This document shows positions 1 through 10,389 of a stretch of DNA of 64,000 nt, piece after piece. The DNA comes from Candidatus Bathyarchaeota archaeon. Lineage in GTDB: Archaea > Thermoproteota > Bathyarchaeia > Bathyarchaeales > Bathycorpusculaceae. The notes below the pieces were generated by a model. That model was not told the origin of the DNA. It searched no databases and saw only the letters and a list, made by a program, of their open reading frames with translations. The first letter of the stretch is position 1, and the number at the start of each line of letters is the position of its first letter. The position numbers were made by a program, and so were the translations under genes. The stretch lies in NCBI GenBank assembly GCA_963739305.1, contig CAVTZU010000015.1, forward strand, positions 1 to 64,000. The letters run 5' to 3'.

Positions 1-18
1 CTCACAGACTCGACCACG

Positions 19-255
19 ATGCCCAGAAAGACGTTCTACGCTTGTCCGCACTGCATGTCGAAGATAGACCTTCAGGTCGAAGGCCTCAAAGTCGTTGATG
101 TGAAAGCGATGGAGTATGCCAAGGTCTTCGACTCACCCGCTAAATGCGCTCACTACTCAGTGTTCGTGGACGCAATTTCCTTTGACATCCCTATTCCCGA
201 CGACTGTCTTGTCTGCCCCAAGATCTTGCAGTGCGGCACCAAGAAATACAGATGA
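19..255 (+). CDS. small Cys-rich (zinc-binding) hypothetical protein
   Basis: 78-aa ORF with CPHC, CAH and CLVCPKILQC motifs. Confidence 0.65.
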   Translation: MPRKTFYACPHCMSKIDLQVEGLKVVDVKAMEYAKVFDSPAKCAHYSVFVDAISFDIPIPDDCLVCPKILQCGTKKYR

Positions 256-739
256 ATTCCCCTCGAAAACTGAGCCGTAACACTGCGATTCCATTTTTCT
301 TCTCTTGAAAATGCTCATTGCTGTCACACTGATGCCCATTCATCTGGAGAAGCTTTGCTATTTACTGATATTGATATCTAAGGCGGAAATTTATGATTAT
401 ATATATTAACAGGAAAAGCGAAAAGAAAGCGCCATTCTGCCAAAAGAACCCTTTCTGAGCACAGAGGTTTCTTGATTTCTCTGAGAAATATATAAATCCA
501 TTAAAGAAACTGCGTTTGGAAGGTTGAACTCTTTCTAGTCCAGGTATATTTTCAAGCGTGACTTCTTCAATTTTTGAAAATGATATGCCCGACCTGGGGC
601 ACATTATAACAAACTCCAACGTTTGCTATGCCGAGTTCTGTCTATCGCGGGCTCAAAATGCAACGCGGGGATTGCCACTTCATCACACTCATATACCTAA
701 ATACTCGCACTTCAGGTATAATGATCAGGGGAACCTTTC

Positions 740-1274
740 TTGACTGATTTCCACGACACACTATTCAAAGGTAACGTCTTCAAAGAACTTGTCAAGGTGT
801 TATTCGAGAAATCAGGTTACTTAGTAATCCCTTATGGCTATGAAAATCAACTGGCGAGTGTTAAGGGCGAACTGGCCAAGACGAATGATTCGCTGACAGC
901 ACTCAAAATAAGATCCTCTCCAGACCTACTCGTCTATGACAACCAAACAAAAGACGTGAAACTAGTCGAAGTTAAAATGTCTTCATACCCATCTCCTAGA
1001 CTAAATCGAAACACATTTGAGAACTACAGGAAGTTCTGGGATGACGCGATTCTTATCATGGTATTACCTTTTGAAAAACGTATTTTACGCGCAAGAGATG
1101 CACAACCTCGGTGTAAAGGAACAATATGACCCTAGAACTGACTTCAAAGAAGTCCAAGATATTTTTCAGAGACTCAACCTTGATGACCTCAAAAATTACG
1201 CGAAGATAGCTCGCAACCTGATAGAAGCAATGAAGAAAAAACCACTTGATGAGCCGGAAAAACAGTTTCAATAG
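740..1274 (+). CDS. PD-(D/E)xK nuclease-fold protein, split by one frameshift
   Basis: ORFs 740-1129 and 1017-1274 join across TTTTGAAAAA (~1069-1078); motif SPDLLVYD...KLVEVK. Confidence 0.6.
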
Positions 1275-1437
1275 TTTCCATTCATAACCCACTGACGTTG
1301 TTTGGCTCTTGCCTAACTTTCGCGTACGCGACCATTTGTGTCTAGATGCGGTTTGGAGGAAAGTTCTATTCCTAGAATTGTCAGAATGAGATAGATAGCA
1401 ATGAGCAAATCAACAAATCGAAATCTATGTATTCAAC

Positions 1438-1800
1438 TTGCGTTTTCCTGATTTTTCTAGAGATAATGTTTTACGAGGCGCTCGAACACTAAGCAGAAAA
1501 CCAGTAATCTTCAATGGACGCAAGTTGGAATACCCTGAAAATATGGTTTTCTTTGCTGAATATGATGATAAGACCGATGAAATTCAAGTTATCTTGATAA
1601 CTGCAGAAACAGAAATACAAGAAATCTACAGTGCGAATAAACAGTTATTTGCTTCGACTTCTATTTTGGAGAAATACCTTCCTGATTTGTTCTTTGAAAA
1701 TCTTATCCTGACAAGTGAACCTATTGAGTCTGGGCACAAAATAAGTTTGAATAAAGTTCCTAATTTGGAAACAGCAGAGAAGATGATTTTTCATGAATAG
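1438..1800 (+). CDS. hypothetical protein, possibly of viral origin
   Basis: AT-rich 120-aa ORF; ARTLSRKPV...YPENMVFFAEYD loosely recalls viral head-assembly proteins (weak). Confidence 0.4.
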   Translation: MRFPDFSRDNVLRGARTLSRKPVIFNGRKLEYPENMVFFAEYDDKTDEIQVILITAETEIQEIYSANKQLFASTSILEKYLPDLFFENLILTSEPIESGHKISLNKVPNLETAEKMIFHE

Positions 1801-1815
1801 TTTTTTTTGGGTTTG

Positions 1816-1831
1816 GGGGTAAAGTTTTATC
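1816..1831 (+). repeat. dispersed 16-bp motif GGGGTAAAGTTTTATC, copy 1
   Basis: exact copies at 23778-23793 and 24464-24479. Confidence 0.85.
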
Positions 1832-1958
1832 AAGAATCCTGACCCCTGAGCATCAGCATTCTATGAACATTTTTCAGGACAGATTTCAGTTTCCGCAGTT
1901 ATTCTCTTCTTCAATGCGGTTGCCAATACAAGTTAGCGCGCACGTTTGTCTGCTCAGG

Positions 1959-2183
1959 TCATTGTTTGTGGCCGCATTCTGGGCAAAAACGTGCTGAGAC
2001 TGGAATTCTGTTGTTGCAGTTAGGGCAGATTTTTAATACCAGTTTGGTTCGTAGCAATGCCCCGCAAAAATTACAGTAGACTGAAACTGAGGGAACTTGC
2101 CTGCTGCAACTTGGGCAGGTCAAGTATTGCCCAGATAAAGGAAGGGGAATCAGAACCCAAGCTCCAACATTCAATCCGTCCAC
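1959..2183 (-). CDS. double zinc-ribbon protein
   Basis: CPSC..CNFCG..CPNC..CPECG. Confidence 0.75.
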   Translation of the reverse strand: MDGLNVGAWVLIPLPLSGQYLTCPSCSRQVPSVSVYCNFCGALLRTKLVLKICPNCNNRIPVSARFCPECGHKQ

Positions 2184-2365
2184 TTCGATTTAATAGAGAA
2201 CGTCCTGTCTCTTTTCTCTTCTCATTTGTTTCAGTGTGGTCTCTCTATGAAAGCCTACATTAGAATTCTGTCTCAAACGCTTTCTAATAGCAGTCTCTCA
2301 TCGTCGATAGCAAAGAAGATTAACAAAGAATGCAGAGAGAAAATGAAGCTTGACCGTAGAGGGAG

Positions 2366-2581
2366 GTGAAAACGTTGACGACGATGACTGTTGAACTGGA
2401 CTTGGACCGAATGGAGAAAATGAAACAAGAAGTGCTGGAGCTAATTGGAAAAATGGTAGAAGAATATGGGAACGTTTCTGTTATAGAACTAGAGATGGCG
2501 TTGATAGAAGGGCTGTTGAAAGTAAGAGAACTTGGCATAAAAAAGACGGAAGACGAAAGTGAAGAATCCGACGTAGTTTAG
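2366..2581 (+). CDS. small acidic helical hypothetical protein
   Basis: 71-aa ORF preceded by a GGAGG RBS-like sequence. Confidence 0.55.
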   Translation: MKTLTTMTVELDLDRMEKMKQEVLELIGKMVEEYGNVSVIELEMALIEGLLKVRELGIKKTEDESEESDVV

Positions 2582-2652
2582 AGACAGCTAGTGCTTACAT
2601 TTTTCAAAACACGAAAAACCCCATATAATATCTATAGGGGAAAATCCCTGTT

Positions 2653-3402
2653 TTGCCTTTTCGAATAAACATGATACTGAAAGACCGAAAACAATCAACA
2701 ATGCTAAGTCATATAAGACGAAGAGGGGAAATGCTGACTGGTGGGAAGACGAAAGAGCTGACGAAATTCAAGCGTTGGGCTGATAGCCATCGTTCAGGCC
2801 GTGGTTTGCTGTGCCACTTCTACATGATTGAGGGAAAGAAACAGAAACAATACTATACGAAGCCTGACTACGCGTATTTCAACATATTCTCCGATACTTC
2901 TGATTGGATAATCAAGGGCACCACAGGACACGGAATCACAAGCGAAAGGGGAAAAGTTTCGCAAATTCCCTGCCTAAATTGCTATCAAGTCAACGATGAC
3001 TTCTACGATGCTCTTGACAGACTCTCGAGTGAAGGAAATCAGAAATATGAAGTAGGAGTTGTTTTTGACAAGCAGGAACTGAAGAGGTCCTTTGGTGAAG
3101 ATAATGTTATGGATGTCATTCCATGGACTCATGAACATCGCCGTCCTTCACCAGATGAATGCTGGCACTATGACATTCCCAAAAAGAAGATGGCTCTATG
3201 GCCATTCAGTTATTGCAATGTTGTTCGAGTCAGAATTAGACCATCTGCTTTGTACGGAATGCCAATTAAGGCGATTCCTAGCAGTGCTATGATGGGATTA
3301 CTTGTGAGGGAGAATGGCTACAAACATGAGACGATGGCAAAGTATCTGCGGAAGAAAAAGTGGGATGCTATTGACGAATTTGAGGTTTTCCCGCTGCTGT
3401 GA
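2653..3402 (+). CDS. hypothetical protein, possibly AbiGi/ART-fold-like
   Basis: 249-aa ORF; the LCHF...IKG...CLNCY...YEVGVVFDK pattern resembles AbiGi-like proteins (weak). Confidence 0.5.
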   Translation: MPFRINMILKDRKQSTMLSHIRRRGEMLTGGKTKELTKFKRWADSHRSGRGLLCHFYMIEGKKQKQYYTKPDYAYFNIFSDTSDWIIKGTTGHGITSERGKVSQIPCLNCYQVNDDFYDALDRLSSEGNQKYEVGVVFDKQELKRSFGEDNVMDVIPWTHEHRRPSPDECWHYDIPKKKMALWPFSYCNVVRVRIRPSALYGMPIKAIPSSAMMGLLVRENGYKHETMAKYLRKKKWDAIDEFEVFPLL

Positions 3403-3423
3403 GTGAAAAACCTAAGTCAATGA

Positions 3424-4418
3424 CTATTTTCGTTTTCTGAACAGCTTCACCCCATCGACATCCAGATGACAAAGTCAAAACCTTGTTCTATGAGCTTCGC
3501 TGCTTCATCAACAGTTTTTGCAGTTGCGCAAACATAATCTCCTGGGAAGTCTGCCAAACCCTCAGCCAGATGAATGTAGATGAGAGTGTTTTCGAGTCTT
3601 CTGTGCCCGAGAACATACTTGACACGGAAAATATCTCTTGTCTTAATGTAAGTCATCGTTGCAAACCAGTGGCGCAGATCGTACAATCTTATTTTCAAAA
3701 GCTCAGCGTCCTCAAACTTCCCGTAAGCTCTCTGTCTGTAATCTCTCCAGTTTTCTTTTATCTTGCCCGCTGAACCAAACAGTCTTTTGTCAAGAGTGAC
3801 AATTCGTCTTCTATGAACATAGTCTCTAAGAATATCTGCAGACAATTTCTGAAGCTGAATCGTACGTTGAGCGCCAAGCTTACTCGTTGGAACGTTTATT
3901 CTGCCGTTTTCTAAGTCAATGTTCCTAAGCGTAAGCTTCGCAATCTCGTCAGGTCTAAGACCATGTTTGCTCAGGTTGAAGACTGCCGTGTAAACCCATC
4001 CGCAGCAAGCAATGATCGTGTCGATTCTTTCCTCAGTCGGGATATCAATCACAAACTCTTCGCTCTTCAGCTTCTTCGGCTTTCTATAACAGATATCATT
4101 GGCACAGCAAAAACGCTCATACGCTTCAAAGAGCTTGTTTTTGTAAACATTCTTACAGTTCATAGAATAAATGAATCGTTCAACGTCACCAGGAAGCTGA
4201 AGATTAACATGTTTGCCCAAGCATGTCAGTCTGCTCCAGATTGCTTTTTGATTAGCTTTGCTCAAATGCTGGAGTTTAGCTACGGTCTTTACGATAAGTG
4301 CAAAATCATTAATAGGCTGAAGGGATTCTAGACTCTGCGAAAGGGGCTGTCGGCTAGTTTGGTCTAGGCTTGGAGACTTGGGCTCTCTAGACCCCGGTTC
4401 AAATCCGGGCAGCCCCAT
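3424..4418 (-). CDS. tyrosine recombinase/integrase overlapping tRNA-Pro antisense; frameshift near C-terminus
   Basis: GLRPDE, SKLG, YDLRH, LGH, TLIY catalytic motifs; shifted frame ends DVDGVKLFRKRK*; first 25 codons are the tRNA antisense. Confidence 0.9.
4301..4314 (+). promoter_or_regulatory. putative BRE/TATA promoter of tRNA-Pro inside the integrase ORF
   Basis: CAAAATCATTAATA about 30 nt upstream of the mature tRNA 5' end. Confidence 0.5.
4343..4417 (+). tRNA. tRNA-Pro(TGG), intron-less
   Basis: acceptor GGGGCTG/CAGCCCC, anticodon arm GGAGA-CTTGGGC-TCTCT, T arm CCCGG-TTCAAAT-CCGGG. Confidence 0.93.
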
Positions 4419-4468
4419 GAAATGCTTATAATTTGACGCATATCAGATTGGTTTCAAAGGATGAATCC

Positions 4469-5029
4469 ATGAGTAGAATGCTGCTTCTCGTGCCAAGGAT
4501 GTACACCGAAAGCGAGGTCAAGAGACTCGTGTCAGTTGTCCCTGAGGATTTTGGGCAAAAGACTCAAGAGTTCTGGAGCTACGTTGAGGACAAGCTCAAG
4601 GTCTTCGCTGGGAGGATCCAGAGAGTCTACCGAGATGAGATCTGTCAAGGCGGAGAAGAAGGCCTTGCTATCCTGCCTTCTGTGCAGCATGAAAACTTTC
4701 TCATAGTGAAAAAACTCGTTGAGAACGGTGCCGTGTTCGAGGCAACGGAAGATCCTCTACTTGTCGCGGAGTCGGAGTCATGGCGTGACATGACTAGGCA
4801 GAATCCTTTGGACATTGTGTCTCTTGAAATGTTCCAGGATTCAGTCCGAGAAAGAGACGATTACGTTTCGAGGAGGATTAACGAAAGCCTCCTTGATGAG
4901 GAAACGGGAGTGCTCTTTGTAGGGCCGACGCGAACAGTTAACGTGGACGAACGCACAAAGATAATAAAGGTTTGCGGTTTTGACCCAGCGGACTACTTGA
5001 GGTCGTGGCAGGTTCAGTTGCACCTATAG
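4469..5029 (+). CDS. hypothetical protein; its 3' end is the integration target
   Basis: 187-codon ORF now ending WQVQLHL*; pre-integration end WQVQLNLKL* is reconstructable from 10671-10697. Confidence 0.8.
   Translation: MSRMLLLVPRMYTESEVKRLVSVVPEDFGQKTQEFWSYVEDKLKVFAGRIQRVYRDEICQGGEEGLAILPSVQHENFLIVKKLVENGAVFEATEDPLLVAESESWRDMTRQNPLDIVSLEMFQDSVRERDDYVSRRINESLLDEETGVLFVGPTRTVNVDERTKIIKVCGFDPADYLRSWQVQLHL
5009..5025 (+). repeat. attL CAGGTTCAGTTGCACCT
   Basis: 16/17 identical to 10671-10687. Confidence 0.85.
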
Positions 5030-5941
5030 ACTTTTCCACTGCACCTGCATACAAACCACAGATAATCCAAGACCTAATCAATTTCGCAATAGACATGAAG
5101 CAAAACGGCAAAGCCGAGGCAACAATATCCTCACGAACCAGAATTTTGAGACAACTCGCAAAGATGGCAGACCTCAGAGACCCCGAACAAGTCAAGACCA
5201 CCCTTTCGACACGCCAAACATGGAACAAACGGACAAGACGCAGAGTAGCCGAAACCTACGACGCATTCCTAAAATTCCTTGGTATCAAATGGACAAGACC
5301 GCGCTACATTCCAGAGGATCGACTCCCATTCATACCTACCGAAGCCGAAATTGACCAACTAATAGCCTCATGCGGAAGCCACACAGCAACGCTATTACAA
5401 ACACTAAAAGAAACTGGAATACGAATATCAGAAGCAACCTTCCTAAAATGGACTGACCTCTCATCCGAACAGAAAACACTAAACATCACACCAGCCAAAG
5501 GAAGCAATCCCAGACTCTTACGAATATCCGACAAACTTCTCAACATGCTAAACCGAATACCACGAACTAACGAAACGATATTCTCAACAAACATAGCAGG
5601 ACTGAGAACCACATTTACAAAAAGCAGAAAACTAGCTGCCAAAAAACTCGAAAACCCAAGAATCCTCAGAATATCATTTCACACTTTCCGACACTGGAAG
5701 GCAACAATGGAATACCACAAAACCAAAGACATCATACACGTAAAACAAATACTAGGACACAAATCCATAAACAACACAATGATTTACATCAACATCGAGC
5801 AAGCCCTATTTCTAACAGAAAACGACGAATGGACATGCAAAACAGCCAACAGACATCAAGCAAGCAACAGCACTAATCGAAGCAGGATTCGAGTACGTCA
5901 CCGAAATGGACGGAACTAAACTATTCAAAAAACGCAAATAA
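5011..5941 (+). CDS. integrase C-terminal fragment int(C); frameshift at ~5849
   Basis: GIRISE, PAKG, HTFRH, LGH, TMIY; shifted frame ends LIEAGFEYVTEMDGTKLFKKRK*; strongly A/C-rich codons. Confidence 0.92.
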
Positions 5942-5975
5942 CCCTCCTCTTTTCTTTAACCATCGAAAACCAAAG

Positions 5976-6906
5976 CTACATGTTATAAGCTTCGAAAAGA
6001 GCACGATTCTCCGAATAGACTTTGAATCTATCGGCGAGAGGTGGAGAGTCTATCTTTAGATTTCTTTTCAATTCATTCGCAAATCTTTCAAACTGCAGAT
6101 TCAGCGCATCCCACCCGAAGGTCTTAAGCATAAAGAACTCGGTTTGCACGCAGTGTGTGAAGGCTATTCTTTTGAGGCAACCGTCAAGATTATCTTTTAC
6201 CATTTGTCCGTACAATCTAAAAAACAGATACGCATCCTGATAGGTTACCCAATCGCGAAGTGTCTTTAGATAGTGAGCATGTCAATTCGTACCGAATAAG
6301 GCTGTTCATGCCGTTCTTTTTCTAGCTCACTTTTCGCGGACTCTAAGCAGGCTTTGATGTTTGGAAGGTGATATTTGTCCGCATAATCCCAACCAACAGC
6401 TTTCGAGAAGCTATCAGAAAAACCCCCCGTTGGTCAAGATAGAAGTTGACTGGCGGAAGAAGAAAACGGTTTCGTCTTTTGCTGCATACGAAATCGTTCA
6501 CGTAAGCGTTCAAAACTGCATCATGCGTCTTGCGCTTCGGATGTTCTAGACAGACAAGCGTAGCAATTGAGCTGAACACAGAATAGTAAGACTGTACTAT
6601 TTTCCAAGCCGCAAACCGCAATCTTTCATCGATATTATCCAAAGGATAGTGCAGAGCACACTCATGATACCAGCAGTTTCTAAGGTTTCTAAAGTGCACA
6701 GTCTCATCCTCGCTGTCATCCCTTCTTGGGGCTCTTCCTGCAGGAATAAGTCTCAGAAGCATTTGTCTGCATGACTCATCCCAATCATTCACTTTCCTCA
6801 TGTAGAGGTGACCGATGATATCTGCAATACTTTTCAGATACCGTTCGTGCGTATTCAAATATCGCTCTCTGAAAACTTCAGGCAACGAGTCAAGGAATTT
6901 CACCAT
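5976..6906 (-). pseudogene. HEPN-like protein, frameshifted
   Basis: QSYYSVF...KTH in 6343-6921 and LRDWVTY at ~6243-6263 continue toward ORF 5976-6215. Confidence 0.55.
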
Positions 6907-7212
6907 AATGCACCTTTCCAATCAGCGCAGTACAAAGAATATTTGAACCCTCTAATTTATAAGAACAATTCCAGAGCATGTGCGAAAAATCGTTGGCTCG
7001 TGAGCCGTTCGGCTCACTCGCACGTTCCAGACGATAACGCAAAGCCAAACCAACCGTACAATAAGCATTTCTGCCTGTCGGTCTCGCATCACGCTCGCCC
7101 TTCAAGCACATAGACTCAAAACAACAACTAGTGCGTGCTTATCAACCATGAAACGTGGCACTCACACGCAAGGTCACAGGTTTTTTATTAAACTTCAAGC
7201 TATTACCTACGC

Positions 7213-8190
7213 ATGTCAGCGAAATTTGCTGTTTTTGACGTGTCCGCTCAATTTCTAATGGATGTTGCAAAAGAGGTCGCTTCTTCGCCTCATCCACTTA
7301 ACAAGGATATTTTGCTGGATAGCTTTGATAAGAATCAGGCTTATACATCGAACGCCATCGCCGAATGCCTCCAACTCGGTCTTTTCAATGAAAGAAACGG
7401 CGAATATGTACCAGCCGACAAATATAGAGATTTGATTAAGCGATCTGATAGGTCTCAATTGCATTTGGTCTTGAGGCAAGCGTTGCAGAGCTATCCACCT
7501 TGTCTTCTTTATCTTGATTTCGTTAGCAAAGGATATTCATCAGAACAGTCGGCGAGAATGACCGCAGGAATCTTCAGAATACAGTCTCCAAAGGAAAGAG
7601 TGGAGAAAATGTTTAGGAATTGGGGACTTCAAACTGGTTTAATAGCTTCTGATACTTCTGGAAAACTCTCCATCCCAGAAGGAGAGAAGGGATTGCCCAA
7701 TGAATACATGGAAAGTCTAATGAAAGCTTTGAGGGCAGACCTGCAAGCCAAGATTTTCCTTATTGAGACTATGAGTCCGTCTTCTTACAAGTATCTTACC
7801 GAAAATGGCATCGAAATAGACGACCTTTCAGACGCATTGGTTAACTATGAAAATGACCCTAAGACTTCTGCCAACAAAGCGAGCCAAGTCTTCGAACATT
7901 TCCTTTTCAAATTTGGGGAAGACGTTGGAGCAAATATCGCAAAAGGAAACGGCATAATTCAATATGCCGATATAATCCAAACTGAAAGAAGCTCTGACTT
8001 TTTAGTAAAACACAAGCATATCTGTTACGGTATCGGAGGAATTAGACTCATGGCTCATCACGACCCAGATAAGGAAACGGGTAACCCTTGGATTTTCACT
8101 CCTCAAGGAGCAATCATCAGCACCCTAATTGTTCCCGCAACTATACGAAGCATTTACTTGTACTGGACGGAAAAGAAACAAGAGTTTTAA
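7213..8190 (+). CDS. winged-helix-like N-terminus plus C-terminal HEPN/Abi-C-like domain
   Basis: 325-aa ORF; RLMAHH fits the Rx4H HEPN signature. Confidence 0.6.
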   Translation: MSAKFAVFDVSAQFLMDVAKEVASSPHPLNKDILLDSFDKNQAYTSNAIAECLQLGLFNERNGEYVPADKYRDLIKRSDRSQLHLVLRQALQSYPPCLLYLDFVSKGYSSEQSARMTAGIFRIQSPKERVEKMFRNWGLQTGLIASDTSGKLSIPEGEKGLPNEYMESLMKALRADLQAKIFLIETMSPSSYKYLTENGIEIDDLSDALVNYENDPKTSANKASQVFEHFLFKFGEDVGANIAKGNGIIQYADIIQTERSSDFLVKHKHICYGIGGIRLMAHHDPDKETGNPWIFTPQGAIISTLIVPATIRSIYLYWTEKKQEF

Positions 8191-8212
8191 ATATTGACAT
8201 AGACATGTTAAT

Positions 8213-8953
8213 ATGGGTATTAGGTTGAGTGAAACTGAGACGGTAACTGGGTTTCTGCCTCCGCAAGGTGTGGTGGTATGGTATGACATATTGCTTGGAC
8301 TTCTTGAAAACAGGCAGATTTCGAAAGTTGACAGGGCATTTCTGCAAAACCAAGAGCCCAAAATAGCAAGTGGCAATGAACATAAGCTGATAGCAGGATT
8401 GAAGTTTCTGGGTCTTATCGACAAAGACGGCAACGCCACAGAAGCGATGAATAGTCTGAGTCTAAAAGGTGAGAAACGTCGGGAAAACCTTGAAAAAGTT
8501 GTTCGAAAGGCTTACTGTCTTTTGTTTGAAAAGGTTAAGATAAAGCTCGAAGAAGTTGACTCCGACACTCTCATTAACTCGTTCAAGACTGATTACAAAA
8601 TGAAGTCTATAACGACAGCAGAGCAAGCCGCTCGGATTTTTGTCTTCTTAGCTCAGCAAGCTGGAATCACTCTTTCACAACCAATACTAGATAGACTGTC
8701 TGTATCGGTCGAAAAAGCAAGGAGAGTCAGCGGCATTGCCAAGAAGCCTAGAGGGGTAAAAAAGAAAGACGAAGAAAAACTTGTAGAGACTGAAGAAGAA
8801 ATACCAGAGAAAGGAACATACGTGGGCAGACTCGGAGACAGTATTCTCATCAAATTACGGAAAAGTAGTGACAAAAGTATAAGGGAAAAAATAGCAAAGC
8901 ATGCAAAAACACTTATTGACTTATATGTTGAAGGAGAAGAGGAAGGAAGCTAA
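8213..8953 (+). CDS. DUF5343-like protein
   Basis: GLKFLGLIDKDGNAT...KAY...FVFLAQQAGI pattern. Confidence 0.6.
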   Translation: MGIRLSETETVTGFLPPQGVVVWYDILLGLLENRQISKVDRAFLQNQEPKIASGNEHKLIAGLKFLGLIDKDGNATEAMNSLSLKGEKRRENLEKVVRKAYCLLFEKVKIKLEEVDSDTLINSFKTDYKMKSITTAEQAARIFVFLAQQAGITLSQPILDRLSVSVEKARRVSGIAKKPRGVKKKDEEKLVETEEEIPEKGTYVGRLGDSILIKLRKSSDKSIREKIAKHAKTLIDLYVEGEEEGS

Positions 8954-9003
8954 TGCAATTCTCCATCAGCCTCTGTCACTAGACGCGCGCAATTCAACGT
9001 CTC

Positions 9004-9156
9004 TTAGGTTGAACCTCGTCCCCCACACACGGGACATTTTAGCAACCCCGTTCCACCGCAATGAGTGCAAGCAGAACCGAAGTATACCCTACCACTTCCG
9101 CCACAGACTCCACAATAAACACTGCCAGAACCTTTGCATGTTCCGCATTCAGTCAT
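9004..9156 (-). CDS. 50-aa DnaJ-type cysteine-rich zinc-finger mini-protein (not in ORF track)
   Basis: MTECGTCKGSGSVYCGVCGGSGRVYFGSACTHCGGTGLLKCPVCGGRGST*: four CxxCxGxG; upstream GGAGG. Confidence 0.85.
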   Translation of the reverse strand: MTECGTCKGSGSVYCGVCGGSGRVYFGSACTHCGGTGLLKCPVCGGRGST

Positions 9157-9282
9157 TTTTGTGACATCCTCCTATCAACATCATTCTCACACATGAAATA
9201 AAAGATTTTCTGAAAGGTTCTTCATCATTGAAAATAGGAAAGAAAGGAGACAGACCTGCTCACGAACACGAACAAAAGCACG

Positions 9283-9588
9283 TCAACAACCAGAACAAAT
9301 CCCGTTCTTCCAAGCATAAAATAGAGCCCAATACGTACGCCTTCGGTTCTCACCAACCAAACCCCGTTCTGAAAGGTACTGCTCAACAAACGCGTTAAAT
9401 GACTCAACACTACGACAATGTGCCACATCATCAAAATTCAACCAACGTTTAGGCTCTCTACGACGTTCAGAGCTACCGCTACTCAATCCTACCACCCACG
9501 GCGTCAACGTAATTAGGCAAACCTGATTCGTCAAACTCATCATCGACAAACCACTTCTGATATGAAGGGTCGCCAATATCCCTAGCAA
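9283..9588 (-). CDS. small hypothetical element protein (true start probably near 9440)
   Basis: C-terminal ~50 aa look protein-like (FNAFVEQYL...YWALFYAWK). Confidence 0.35.
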   Translation of the reverse strand: MLGILATLHIRSGLSMMSLTNQVCLITLTPWVVGLSSGSSERRREPKRWLNFDDVAHCRSVESFNAFVEQYLSERGLVGENRRRTYWALFYAWKNGICSGC

Positions 9589-9640
9589 TGACTCGCAATG
9601 AGAAGATCACAATCACGCTCAAAAATCTCCCACACTCATG

Positions 9641-9669
9641 TCCTCGGAGACATAAGCCTTCCCTTCATT
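9641..9669 (+). repeat. 29-bp partial duplicate of the element leader
   Basis: 28/29 identical to 10392-10420. Confidence 0.85.
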
Positions 9670-9772
9670 AGCTTGTCATGCTCCAATATCACGTAAAGCG
9701 CGCGCAACAAGTCTCATCTCTCTTCTTTGTACTCACTCGTTGCGACAAGTTTTTTAGTTTAACCACCAGATA

Positions 9773-10177
9773 ATGAAATCTGGTGAAAACATGTGTCCAG
9801 TGATTAACAAAGACGACTTCAGAAAACTGATTCCTCCCGACCTTGAACGTAAATTGAGATATGAAGAGGACCTTCCAAATCAAGAATTGCATATCATTGC
9901 TGTAGAATTTATCGGAGGCGTAGAATTCGCGGAACTCCGACGAATCGTCAAGGAACTCGGCGGCACATATTTTCATAAAGAAAAGAATTCTTATTTCAAG
10001 ATTTCCTTAGGTTCGCGTGCTACGCTAGAGCATGACAACAAGTTGGAATTAGCCAAACATTTTGAACTTTCAGAAAGATACGAAGAGGCTGCATCAATCT
10101 ACGAGTCAATGGACATGTACAAAGAGGCGGAAATGGCCAGACAGCGCGCGAGAGAGAAAGCAAAGAAGCCATCATAA
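9773..10177 (+). CDS. hypothetical protein with TPR-like C-terminal helix pair
   Basis: 134-aa ORF; AKHFELSERYEEAASIYE. Confidence 0.65.
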   Translation: MKSGENMCPVINKDDFRKLIPPDLERKLRYEEDLPNQELHIIAVEFIGGVEFAELRRIVKELGGTYFHKEKNSYFKISLGSRATLEHDNKLELAKHFELSERYEEAASIYESMDMYKEAEMARQRAREKAKKPS

Positions 10178-10389
10178 GCGCAGGCGCAAGGCGAACGACG
10201 ACGCAACATCAGTCGCCACAGACACCAACGAACTGGAAACAAGTCTTAGATCAAGACGCAGAACCAAGATACACGAACAAATAGAGACTGACAGCGTCAA
10301 CAGAACCGAACTTGTCTAAAATAGTGACCAAGAACGCCAATGCGACCTATGGATACAAGGACGACTAAAATTAGTGATGACAGCGACAT

